Position numbers and translations under genes: made by a program. Of a DNA stretch of 64,000 bases, positions 10,331-18,525 are shown piece after piece. A model generated the notes under the pieces. That model ran no database searches. It worked only from the letters and a program-made list of their open reading frames with translations, and had not been told where the DNA came from. The DNA is from Methanobacteriota archaeon. GTDB lineage: Archaea > Thermoplasmatota > Poseidoniia > Poseidoniales > Poseidoniaceae. Location of the stretch: the NCBI GenBank assembly GCA_038130705.1, contig JAYPOA010000001.1:2333-66332 (forward strand), in the 5' to 3' direction. How positions within the stretch are numbered: position 1 is the stretch's first letter; each line of letters begins with the position of its first letter.

Positions 10331-11775
10331 TATTTTACCCTCACATCAATCGAATCAGAAGACCATCTGCCATCCTTATCCTTAATCCTAAGTTCGAAAT
10401 TATGACTGCCCTTGTTTAGTTTTACTTTTACAATCTGCGAAGTTGAAATTTCCTTACCAGTTTGGTCTATCCACGACCATGAAACTATTCTTTCTTGAGG
10501 ATCTTCGGTTTGACTCCCATCTAGTGTGATAATCGATGTACCATCATCTCCTGAATCGACAGAGATATCTCCGCCAGCATTTGGAGTTGGTGCAATAATA
10601 GTTTCAGCGTCAAGGGATAGGGCTAACATCAAATCATCCTCTTCCTCTATTTCCTCATTTTGAACAATCTCATCATTCAAAGCATCAAAAATTGCTCCTT
10701 CATCTAAATTAACCTGAGAGTCGAATCCAGCCAATTCTTCGAGTGATTTTTCTGAGCCATATATCTCTTCAGCATTTATTTCTATAGAGGGAGCATCGCC
10801 CCAATCATCTATTGCTGTATCTTCTTCGACAAGTGGCACAGGTTCTGAATTTGCATCGATTAAGAATACTGGTTCTGATGTTGTAAAGTCGTTTTGATCG
10901 CTACCAGCAATCATCACTTTACTTCCATCTTGATTTGATGATACTTTTTCTGCCATCCCTTGGGTTTCTACCGACCATTTGATTCCATTTTCATCGATGC
11001 AGTGGACATGGAACCAAGACGCTGCAAGAACTGAGGTTCCCCTATCGATTAGAGTATGTACTGGATATGTCAATTCAGCGACTAATTTTTCGCCTTTCAA
11101 TACACCTCCGTAATCCAATCCCATCCATTGGCCGTCGATTGAGATAACTCTTGATTTTGTATCTATTCTTCTTTCGAGGTTCTCATTTTTCCAAAATTCT
11201 ACCTCCAGAGCCTCTTCCTCACCAGGCACCAATCCATGGCCCTCCCTGGCTACAATCAAAGTCTGACCATCCCAACCTATTGCAGTAATTCGCTCACCGA
11301 CTTCTCCTCGTACAGGTCGTTGCCAAATCTTTGATGAATCTGTAGAATAAGTCATTACTTCTCCAGAATCAGTAGCTATTGCAATAGAATCACCTATTGC
11401 CACCATAGAAACAGAATTTACCAGAATAGGTTCCAAATCACCAGACGAATTTACGATATGGGCCTTAGATAAACCGTCTATTGCCACACAATAGTCGCCT
11501 TTCCCAGTTATAGATTCAATACCCGATAAAAATTCAACAAACTTAATTTGTTCACCCTCGCGAATGATGTGCAAACCATCTCTTGAACCAACGATGATAT
11601 CGCCAAATTGAGTTTCAAACAAGCTTGTCAAAGGTGGAAGATTAATTTCGAGATCATCGATTCTAAGTATACCGTCTACCTGAGCAACAGAAAGATGGTT
11701 ACCTGAAAAAATAGCCGCAACATCTGAAGTGGTTTCCAACTTACTCAAAACTGGAACCGTCATGGACATAGTCAC
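10330..11775 (-). CDS. Hypothetical protein: beta-propeller-like N-terminus, acidic linker, C-terminal PKD/Ig-like domain
   Basis: PNAGGD...ITLDGSQTED...IVSWSW...FELRIKDKDG PKD-like pattern; repeated beta strands; no signal peptide. Confidence 0.6.
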   Translation of the reverse strand: MTMSMTVPVLSKLETTSDVAAIFSGNHLSVAQVDGILRIDDLEINLPPLTSLFETQFGDIIVGSRDGLHIIREGEQIKFVEFLSGIESITGKGDYCVAIDGLSKAHIVNSSGDLEPILVNSVSMVAIGDSIAIATDSGEVMTYSTDSSKIWQRPVRGEVGERITAIGWDGQTLIVAREGHGLVPGEEEALEVEFWKNENLERRIDTKSRVISIDGQWMGLDYGGVLKGEKLVAELTYPVHTLIDRGTSVLAASWFHVHCIDENGIKWSVETQGMAEKVSSNQDGSKVMIAGSDQNDFTTSEPVFLIDANSEPVPLVEEDTAIDDWGDAPSIEINAEEIYGSEKSLEELAGFDSQVNLDEGAIFDALNDEIVQNEEIEEEDDLMLALSLDAETIIAPTPNAGGDISVDSGDDGTSIITLDGSQTEDPQERIVSWSWIDQTGKEISTSQIVKVKLNKGSHNFELRIKDKDGRWSSDSIDVRVK

Positions 11776-12716
11776 TCACTAATCCTTGCATCGTCCATCC
11801 ATGCTTCAAAGTTTGGCATAGAAATGTACTCTTTTGGATTTCTTATATGCTTCAATAGATTCTCTTTTTCTAAATCTGTCCAACCACAAATTGGCTCCAA
11901 GGTAGATAGAGGTACAGTCTTTACCTCATCCGCACTTCGCGTGAATAGTTTTTCGCCCTCTTCTACAGATAAGCCAACTACTCCCCAAGGATACCTTTGT
12001 TTTATTTTCCCTTCAATATCTCTAATTTTCGAATTCTTTCCTATCGATGGGTCCCATTTCCTTAACTCATCGATTAATTTCTCATCACTTCCTTCAACAG
12101 GAATCAACCGAGACCCTCTCCTCATTATCAGAAATGCAGAAATCATCTCATCTTCAGTAGTGACCTTGCATAAAACATCACCTTGTACACCCGGTGGTAG
12201 CCCTCCCGCACCATTCAAGCGCTTAGATAGTAACCAAACCTTATCCTGCTCCAATACCACCCTTACCCAGATGTCTGGATTTGTTAGGTTTACCTTCAAA
12301 GAATCGTCTAATTGGAGCATCCAATAACCAATTTGACCGTTATACTCCTTTGTGCTGAAATTCTCCTTTGGTCCAAGTCGCTTGGTTCTGACACCAAATG
12401 TCCGACTCTTTCCATAGTTCTCATCAAGATTCAAAATTTTTTGTGCTACTTCTTTGGGATCTATTGAATCAGATATCACCATAGCAGGGTCAATTGCAAC
12501 CACACCAAGTAATCTACATAGTGCATCCTCAACAATATCTGTTTCATTATCGCTTGTAATCACTTCCATACTAATGATTCGATCTTGTTTGAGTGAGATT
12601 CCGTTGAATTTAGCAAGAATTTCCATGTTGTTGTATAATCCTCTTTGAAATTGTCTCCTGACGACCTTGCTTTTCAGACCAAGTTCTCCAAAACGCAAAA
12701 TCCATGCATTTTCCAT
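11772..12716 (-). CDS. ThiI-like THUMP-domain protein with degenerate PP-loop
   Basis: ILRFGELGLKS N-terminus, THUMP (TFGVRTKR...VNLTNPD), GAGGLPPGVQG; SGGxDS absent. Confidence 0.8.
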   Translation of the reverse strand: MENAWILRFGELGLKSKVVRRQFQRGLYNNMEILAKFNGISLKQDRIISMEVITSDNETDIVEDALCRLLGVVAIDPAMVISDSIDPKEVAQKILNLDENYGKSRTFGVRTKRLGPKENFSTKEYNGQIGYWMLQLDDSLKVNLTNPDIWVRVVLEQDKVWLLSKRLNGAGGLPPGVQGDVLCKVTTEDEMISAFLIMRRGSRLIPVEGSDEKLIDELRKWDPSIGKNSKIRDIEGKIKQRYPWGVVGLSVEEGEKLFTRSADEVKTVPLSTLEPICGWTDLEKENLLKHIRNPKEYISMPNFEAWMDDARISE

Positions 12717-12725
12717 CGATACACC

Positions 12726-14255
12726 TCATTCATCATTATGAAGTTCGATTGTGACATCTGGCTTTTGATTGTTTGATTTTGCGTCGTCATTTCTTGCTAA
12801 TTCTAGGCTTCTGAGATACTCTTCGCTTACTTTGCCAGTAACATATTTCCCGTCGAAACAAGAAGTATCCCAACCTTGAGGGCCGTTTATGCTTGTTACT
12901 TCGACTAAATCTTCAAGTGTTTGATAAAATAGCTTGTCTGCGCCAATCGTTTCGCAAATCTCATCAATATTCCTGTCGTTAGCAATGAATTCCTTTACAG
13001 CCGGCATGTCTATTCCGTAGACGTTTGGATATCTGACGGGAGGTGCTGCAGAAGCAAAATACACCTTCTTTGCACCAACTTCTCTTGCCATCTCAACAAT
13101 CTGAGCTGAAGTTGTGCCCCTAACAATTGAATCATCTACCAATATCACATTCTTTCCTTCAAATTCGTGGGGAATAGCGTTTAATTTCCTTCGTACAGAT
13201 TTCATTCTCTGTGCTTGTCCTGGCATTATAAATGTACGACCAATGTACCTATTTTTGACAAACCCTTCTCTATATTCAACATTCAAGGCATTGGCTAATT
13301 GTAAAGCAGCATACCTACCAGAATCAGGAACTGGAATTACGCAATCAATGTCGTGGTTAGGGAATTGTTCTAATATCCGCTCCGCCAACCTCTGTCCTTG
13401 ATTTAGCCTCGCTTGGTAAACAGATATGCCATCGATAATTGAATCAGGTCTTGAGAAATAAACGTGCTCGAAGATACATGGTGAGTGATTTGTCTCATCA
13501 GCACAAATCTTGGTGAAAACTTGCCCTGTTGATGAAATGAATATCGCTTCGCCAGGTGAAATATCTCTCTCCACATCGAATCCTAACGCATGTATTGCAA
13601 CTGATTCACTTGCAACTATCCATTCTTTTTCTCCTTCTACAACTCGGCTTCCGAAAATTAGTGGCCTAATTCCGTTCGGGTCTCTAAATGCAAGTAGTCC
13701 AAAACCAGATATCAAAGAGACACAAGCATAACCTCCCGTTATTTGATTATTTAATGCATGCACAGATTCGAAAATTGTGTTTACATCAACGTGTATTTCT
13801 CCATTTATGTCAAGATTTTGAGTCCTTGAATGTAATTCCATTGCTAAGAGATTCAGAAGTAATTCCGAATCGGATGTAGTGTTTACGTGCCGTCTGTGTA
13901 CGTTGGTCAACAAATCATTAATCTCACTTGCATTGGTTAAATTTCCATTATGCGCTAGGGAGATACCAAATGGATAATTTACGTAGAAAGGTTGAGCCTC
14001 TGCCGCAGATGATGTGCCTGCTGTTGGGTATCTTACATGACCAATCCCGTTTGATCCGAGTAAATTCTTCATGTGTTTTTTATAAAAAACATCCTTGACC
14101 AAACCATTGGATTTTCTTAAGTGGAATTTTCCGTTGTTTTCAGTCATCATCCCAGCAGCATCTTGGCCTCTGTGTTGCAAGACTGTTAACCCGTCATACA
14201 GTAGCTGGTTAATGTGGTATCCTCTTCTTCCGACGAGACCAATTATGCCACACAT
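12726..14255 (-). CDS. purF: Amidophosphoribosyltransferase (E. coli-type)
   Basis: Start at MCGII (catalytic Cys), QHRGQD, GHVRYPT, VDDSIVRGTTS PRPP loop, YGIDMP. Confidence 0.96.
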   Translation of the reverse strand: MCGIIGLVGRRGYHINQLLYDGLTVLQHRGQDAAGMMTENNGKFHLRKSNGLVKDVFYKKHMKNLLGSNGIGHVRYPTAGTSSAAEAQPFYVNYPFGISLAHNGNLTNASEINDLLTNVHRRHVNTTSDSELLLNLLAMELHSRTQNLDINGEIHVDVNTIFESVHALNNQITGGYACVSLISGFGLLAFRDPNGIRPLIFGSRVVEGEKEWIVASESVAIHALGFDVERDISPGEAIFISSTGQVFTKICADETNHSPCIFEHVYFSRPDSIIDGISVYQARLNQGQRLAERILEQFPNHDIDCVIPVPDSGRYAALQLANALNVEYREGFVKNRYIGRTFIMPGQAQRMKSVRRKLNAIPHEFEGKNVILVDDSIVRGTTSAQIVEMAREVGAKKVYFASAAPPVRYPNVYGIDMPAVKEFIANDRNIDEICETIGADKLFYQTLEDLVEVTSINGPQGWDTSCFDGKYVTGKVSEEYLRSLELARNDDAKSNNQKPDVTIELHNDE

Positions 14256-14315
14256 TTGTCTCGCCTGATGTTTGCAATGCAAGAGGCTTTACAGGCCTTT
14301 CCATTCTCTTAACGA

Positions 14316-14489
14316 TTAAGGTCGATGTGTTTTCTTTGACCAGCTGAATCCTCTCATCCTTGCAGTGGAGCCGTATCCACAGGATGCGCAAGTTGATTTT
14401 TGCTTGTGATATGCGTTTCTGCCACACCTTCTACATCTGATGTGTGTGGTCTTTTGCCTCTTACCCATGGATGGAGTACCTTTGGACAT
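14316..14489 (-). CDS. rpl37e: 50S ribosomal protein L37e (not in ORF track)
   Basis: Hand translation [66 protein letters not shown] upstream. Confidence 0.95.
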   Translation of the reverse strand: MSKGTPSMGKRQKTTHIRCRRCGRNAYHKQKSTCASCGYGSTARMRGFSWSKKTHRP

Positions 14490-14544
14490 AGTATCACCTG
14501 CGACTGTGCGACCTACCTTCCCTTTATGAAACCGACGGAGCGAA

Positions 14545-15000
14545 TTATTCTTCTTCTTGGAACAAAATTCTTCTTTCGCGACCGGTTATCATAGCGAAAG
14601 TAAAACCTATTGCAAAGAACGCGGCTACAAACATTCCTGTAATTGCAACTAATAATCGCACAATGTTTGAAAGTAATTGTGACCTCAATCCACTGTTTGC
14701 TTCCAATAATAGGTCATCATACGAAGTGAGGCCCCAGACAACCAATATTCCAAAGCCTATTGCTACCAACATTCCAACTAATGGTGCAAGTGGTCTGTGT
14801 CTTGAATCCGCATAGAAGAATAGGTTTCCGAATAAAATCAATCCAACTACAATGTATGATGTAAGAATTGAATTCGCAAATCTCTTGAAAGACTCCTTGT
14901 GAATTCCTTCACCAAGAGATAGATTTAGAGCCATTATTACAAGGATTGGAAGAGCCGCTGCAAATAGCAATAATTTCCAAGATGCAAGTGACTTGTTCAT
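14545..15000 (-). CDS. Hypothetical membrane protein (about 4 TM)
   Basis: Four hydrophobic segments; ATGA overlap with upstream gene. Confidence 0.65.
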   Translation of the reverse strand: MNKSLASWKLLLFAAALPILVIMALNLSLGEGIHKESFKRFANSILTSYIVVGLILFGNLFFYADSRHRPLAPLVGMLVAIGFGILVVWGLTSYDDLLLEANSGLRSQLLSNIVRLLVAITGMFVAAFFAIGFTFAMITGRERRILFQEEE

Positions 15001-15779
15001 TCCTCTTCACCTCCTATGTGATTATTTGCAATTTCAACTAATTTTTTCAATTCCTGCTCGGTTGGCGGATGAGTACTATCGGGATTAGGTAATGACTTTT
15101 CATAAGTCCAGATAACCAATGCGAAAATAGCCACAGCCAACATTCCACCAACCAGTATTCCAAGAATATCTGCGACTACAAGAAACAGGTAATCTCTGAA
15201 TTCACTAGCAGTCGTATGTTCTCCATCAACCAACATCGCAAGGAGAGTTATTCCTGCGAACAAAATTGACATACCTGCTAGTTTTACAGATTCACCAAAT
15301 CGGTTCTCACCATATCCAACCATTCCGATGGATGCAGCCGCACAAAGGGAGGTTGAGAAAAGAAGCATAGTTGGCCAAAATACTATCCAATATGGATTGA
15401 CATCACTTCTCCATATGGGTGTGAAATTCGACCAATGCATCAAACTAAAAATTCCGATCGAAACAAACATTGCAAAGAAACCAGACCATCTAGCGGTACT
15501 ATCAAGTCTACCAACGGGAACATTACCCCCAAAAATCATACCGTGTAAACCGTATATCAGAAGGGCACAAGGAGCGATTATACTCAAAATGAGGTGAGCT
15601 CCAGCTGTTGAATCAGAGCTCGTTACAGTCCATGGAGAAGCGAGGAAGATTAGGCTTGAGGTAACAAATACAACCAATCCTATAACTTTGGATTTACGAC
15701 TAGTAGAAAGCCACAATCCTAAACCCATTAATATCAATGGAATCCAGAATAGAAGCGCCGCTTTCATCATGGAATCCAT
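14997..15779 (-). CDS. Hypothetical membrane protein (about 7 TM)
   Basis: Multiple hydrophobic segments; no retinal-binding Lys motif seen. Confidence 0.65.
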   Translation of the reverse strand: MDSMMKAALLFWIPLILMGLGLWLSTSRKSKVIGLVVFVTSSLIFLASPWTVTSSDSTAGAHLILSIIAPCALLIYGLHGMIFGGNVPVGRLDSTARWSGFFAMFVSIGIFSLMHWSNFTPIWRSDVNPYWIVFWPTMLLFSTSLCAAASIGMVGYGENRFGESVKLAGMSILFAGITLLAMLVDGEHTTASEFRDYLFLVVADILGILVGGMLAVAIFALVIWTYEKSLPNPDSTHPPTEQELKKLVEIANNHIGGEEE

Positions 15780-15910
15780 AACCAGACGGCTACAATCAGA
15801 TTTATCAATATGCCCGCTAAAAATTGATTCAGTGGGTCGGTTTCTTGGAAATTAGCGTCCGTCAGCCATAAATACAGGTCGATGGTGGCTTGGATGCTCA
15901 AGGTGAGACT

Positions 15911-16195
15911 ATGGTCAAAATGCCACGTCAAATAAAGAGGTACAGTCCAAGTGCTGGTAAGCACACTATGCACACTGTAGAGCGTGTGAAAAAGAAGCGC
16001 GCAAGCGAACTTAAGTGGGGTCAGAGAAGATTCCGAAGAGTTATGGCAGGATATCGCGGTTTCCCACGTCCTAAACCAGATGGAAGAGAAAAACCTACAA
16101 AGAGAGTTAACATTCTATACCGATGTACTGAAACTGGTAAAGCACATTACGCTCCATGCCAGAGAGCAAAGAAATTCGAATTAGTAGACAACTGA
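15911..16195 (+). CDS. rpl44e: 50S ribosomal protein L44e (eL42)
   Basis: KHTMHTVERVK, KWGQRRFRR..GYRGFPRP, KPTKR; AGGTGA RBS before ATG 15911; conserved L44e-S27e-aIF2a-Nop10 operon. Confidence 0.93.
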   Translation: MVKMPRQIKRYSPSAGKHTMHTVERVKKKRASELKWGQRRFRRVMAGYRGFPRPKPDGREKPTKRVNILYRCTETGKAHYAPCQRAKKFELVDN

Positions 16196-16205
16196 GGTGA
16201 AAATT

Positions 16206-16376
16206 ATGGCATCAAATTTCCTTAAAGTATCATGCAGAGACTGCTCCAATGAAAGCATCATATTCTCACGTGCTACGACTGTAATATCATGTGCAGTATG
16301 TGGCGCTACACTGACAAACCCTGCTGGTGGCAAGGCCCAGCTGGTCGGCTGTAATGTCGTTGAGTCCCTTGAATGA
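16206..16376 (+). CDS. rps27e: 30S ribosomal protein S27e (not in ORF track)
   Basis: Hand translation MASNFLKVSCRDCSNESIIFSRATTVISCAVCGATLTNPAGGKAQLVGCNVVESLE; GAGGTGA RBS. Confidence 0.95.
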   Translation: MASNFLKVSCRDCSNESIIFSRATTVISCAVCGATLTNPAGGKAQLVGCNVVESLE

Positions 16377-17185
16377 ATGGAGGCTTGACCTCCTTGCCCG
16401 AAGACATCATTGATGATGGACCTCAAGAAGGCGAACTGGTTGTCGCCCTCGTAAGAGAAGTAAAACAAAACGGTGCATACGTAGATTTGGAAGAGTATGA
16501 GGGCATTGAAGGATTTATTTTCATTGGTGAAATTGCAAGTGGTTGGGTAAAGAATATCCGTTCTTACGCTAGACCTGGTCAAAGACTAATCTGTAAAGTT
16601 CTCAGAACAAGAAAGGACAACAAATCTCTGGAATTGTCTCTTAAGTCTGTAAGTGAAGAAAGAAAAAGAGACAGGCTTGCTGAATGGAAAAATGAAGAAA
16701 GAGCGAAACAATTGTTCAAGGTTCTATCTGAACAAGTAGGCTGGAATCAGGACCAACTCACTGAGAATCAAGTGGACTTGACAGAATCATTCGGGACACT
16801 TTACGGCGCCTTCGAAGAAGCAGCAACGAAGCCTGAATCACTTTCAGAATTAGGATTTGAAGGCGATTGGATTCAACCATTTATTGAAATCGCTATCAAG
16901 AATATCATCCCTGATACAGTAGAAATTCGAGGACATTTCACTCTGAATGTCGACGACGGGGATGGCATAGAAATAATCAAGGAAGCTTTGATCGCTGCAG
17001 AATCCGTTTCAGACAGTGAAACCGAATTGGAAGTGTCCTGTCATTACGATGGAGCCCCAAGTTACAGAATCGAACTTAAGGCTCCAGATTTCAAAACTGC
17101 TGAAGATGGTTGGAATAGAGCTACAAAGGCTTGTATCGATGTTGTGGTAGCCTCTGGAGGCTCTGCTGAAGCTCAGAGGGAATGA
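16373..17185 (+). CDS. eif2a: Translation initiation factor 2 alpha subunit
   Basis: S1 domain PQEGELVV...GAYVDLEEY...EIASGWVKNIR, LSLK, C-terminal GAPSYRI..APDFKTAE. Confidence 0.95.
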   Translation: MNGGLTSLPEDIIDDGPQEGELVVALVREVKQNGAYVDLEEYEGIEGFIFIGEIASGWVKNIRSYARPGQRLICKVLRTRKDNKSLELSLKSVSEERKRDRLAEWKNEERAKQLFKVLSEQVGWNQDQLTENQVDLTESFGTLYGAFEEAATKPESLSELGFEGDWIQPFIEIAIKNIIPDTVEIRGHFTLNVDDGDGIEIIKEALIAAESVSDSETELEVSCHYDGAPSYRIELKAPDFKTAEDGWNRATKACIDVVVASGGSAEAQRE

Positions 17186-17186
17186 G

Positions 17187-17399
17187 ATGGTTAGGCAATC
17201 AATGCAACAATGCGTCGACTGCTTAGAGTACTGTCTTGAAACCACTTGTCCAAAATGTGGTTCCGTCGCAAAGGCCGCGGCTCCAATCAAGTGGTCACCA
17301 GACGACAAAAGAGCACACTTACGAAGAAAATTGGACGGAGTTGAAGAGGATGGGTGGGTCAATTCACTTCCAACATTAAGTTCTGATGAAGAAGAATAA
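17187..17399 (+). CDS. nop10: H/ACA RNP protein Nop10
   Basis: CxxC...Y.L...CPKCG...P.KWSPDD; operon position. Confidence 0.85.
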   Translation: MVRQSMQQCVDCLEYCLETTCPKCGSVAKAAAPIKWSPDDKRAHLRRKLDGVEEDGWVNSLPTLSSDEEE

Positions 17400-17423
17400 T
17401 GCCAACCATTATACTGTGCCTAA

Positions 17424-18176
17424 ATGCACTTTAGATTTATGAGTGCTCTCATCGATTGGATATCCAGACCTAATACAGAAGGTGAGACTCTACTCGTTGC
17501 TATGCCGGGTGTAGGAGATATCGGTAAATTAGCAATCGATGCAATTAATCTAGAGCTTGACGCCGAGCCTATTGCAAGAATCATACATCCTGCTTTTCCT
17601 CCCCTTGCCAAGTTGGACGAAGACGGTTTACTTCAACCGCCTCATGTGTTATTATCAAAATTAGAGATTGATAATCAAATAATCTTCACCTTAACCGGTG
17701 ACGCTCAGCCAATGACTCCAGAAGGACAATATGAGTTGGCTAACTCAATTATCGAGATTTTCGCAGGTGGTGAAATCATTGTTTTTGCTGGCATGGTAAC
17801 AAATCCGGAAAGAAAAGAAGTGTTTGCAGTAACTGGTAACTCGCAATATAGAATACAACTGGAAAAACAAGGGGTCGATGTTCGAAGAAATGAACCTAAG
17901 GCTGGAATTATCGGAATGGCCGCACTAATAACTGCACTAAGTCCCATTCATGGAGTTAATTCTTCTTGTGTAATTGCAACAACTGTTGGGAAATCGCTAG
18001 ACCCTGTAGGTGCTCAATTATTACTCGAAACTGTAAGGAAATGGTGGAGTTTACCGTTACCGATTCCAATCGATGCAACAAACAGATTAGCTGACAAGTT
18101 GAAAGAAATGCATCCCAACAAAGCTGAGGATTTGATATCCGAAATGTCGGAATCAGCGAATTCAATCTATATGTGA
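17424..18176 (+). CDS. PAC2-family proteasome assembly chaperone/activator (Pba-like); alternative start 17439
   Basis: AMPGVGDIGKLA, GDAQP..PEGQYEL, GIIGMAAL, DP.GA; C-terminal IYM HbYX motif. Confidence 0.85.
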   Translation: MHFRFMSALIDWISRPNTEGETLLVAMPGVGDIGKLAIDAINLELDAEPIARIIHPAFPPLAKLDEDGLLQPPHVLLSKLEIDNQIIFTLTGDAQPMTPEGQYELANSIIEIFAGGEIIVFAGMVTNPERKEVFAVTGNSQYRIQLEKQGVDVRRNEPKAGIIGMAALITALSPIHGVNSSCVIATTVGKSLDPVGAQLLLETVRKWWSLPLPIPIDATNRLADKLKEMHPNKAEDLISEMSESANSIYM

Positions 18177-18377
18177 TTAGCCACCAGAACTGACGATAGT
18201 TATCTCAAGTCTGATGTCACCTTTCAGAGTTGTTGAGTGTGGTAGAACAGTATCTTCGTAACTAACGATGACTGTAGAAGGATGAATATTTGCCAAATCA
18301 AGCACTTGTCTCACAGTGGACCCCTGTTCCAACTCAAAAGTATGTTCATCTTTACCCGAGATTAGGGTTACTTGCAT
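18177..18377 (-). CDS. Ubiquitin-like beta-grasp protein (SAMP/MoaD/ThiS family), 66 aa
   Basis: MQVTLISG...GSTVRQVL...GDIRLEITIVSSGG with C-terminal GG; the longer ORF call runs through the tRNA. Confidence 0.85.
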   Translation of the reverse strand: MQVTLISGKDEHTFELEQGSTVRQVLDLANIHPSTVIVSYEDTVLPHSTTLKGDIRLEITIVSSGG

Positions 18378-18432
18378 GTACTTCCCGAATAACATCACTC
18401 TTATGATGGTCGTGCAGGTGGGCGCATTGTTT

Positions 18433-18515
18433 GCCGAGATCGCATAGCCCGGTATTGCGGTGGATTCGAAATCCACTGTCCTTCGGACACGGGAGTTCAA
18501 ATCTCTCTCTCGGCG
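18433..18515 (+). tRNA. tRNA-Ser(CGA), long variable arm, CCA not fully encoded
   Basis: Acceptor GCCGAGA/TCTCGGC, anticodon arm GTGGA-TTCGAAA-TCCAC, variable arm TGTCCTTCGGACA, T-arm GGGAG-TTCAAAT-CTCTC, discriminator G. Confidence 0.95.
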
Positions 18516-18525
18516 CCTGTTAAAA

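Noticed and set aside
14997..15779. Possible rhodopsin (about 7 TM, terpenoid genes in window)
   Set aside because: No DxxxK retinal-binding motif in the last helix and no RYxDW helix C motif.
18378..18500. N-terminal 41 aa of the 107-aa ORF
   Set aside because: It is antisense to tRNA-Ser; the real Ubl most likely starts at ATG 18377.
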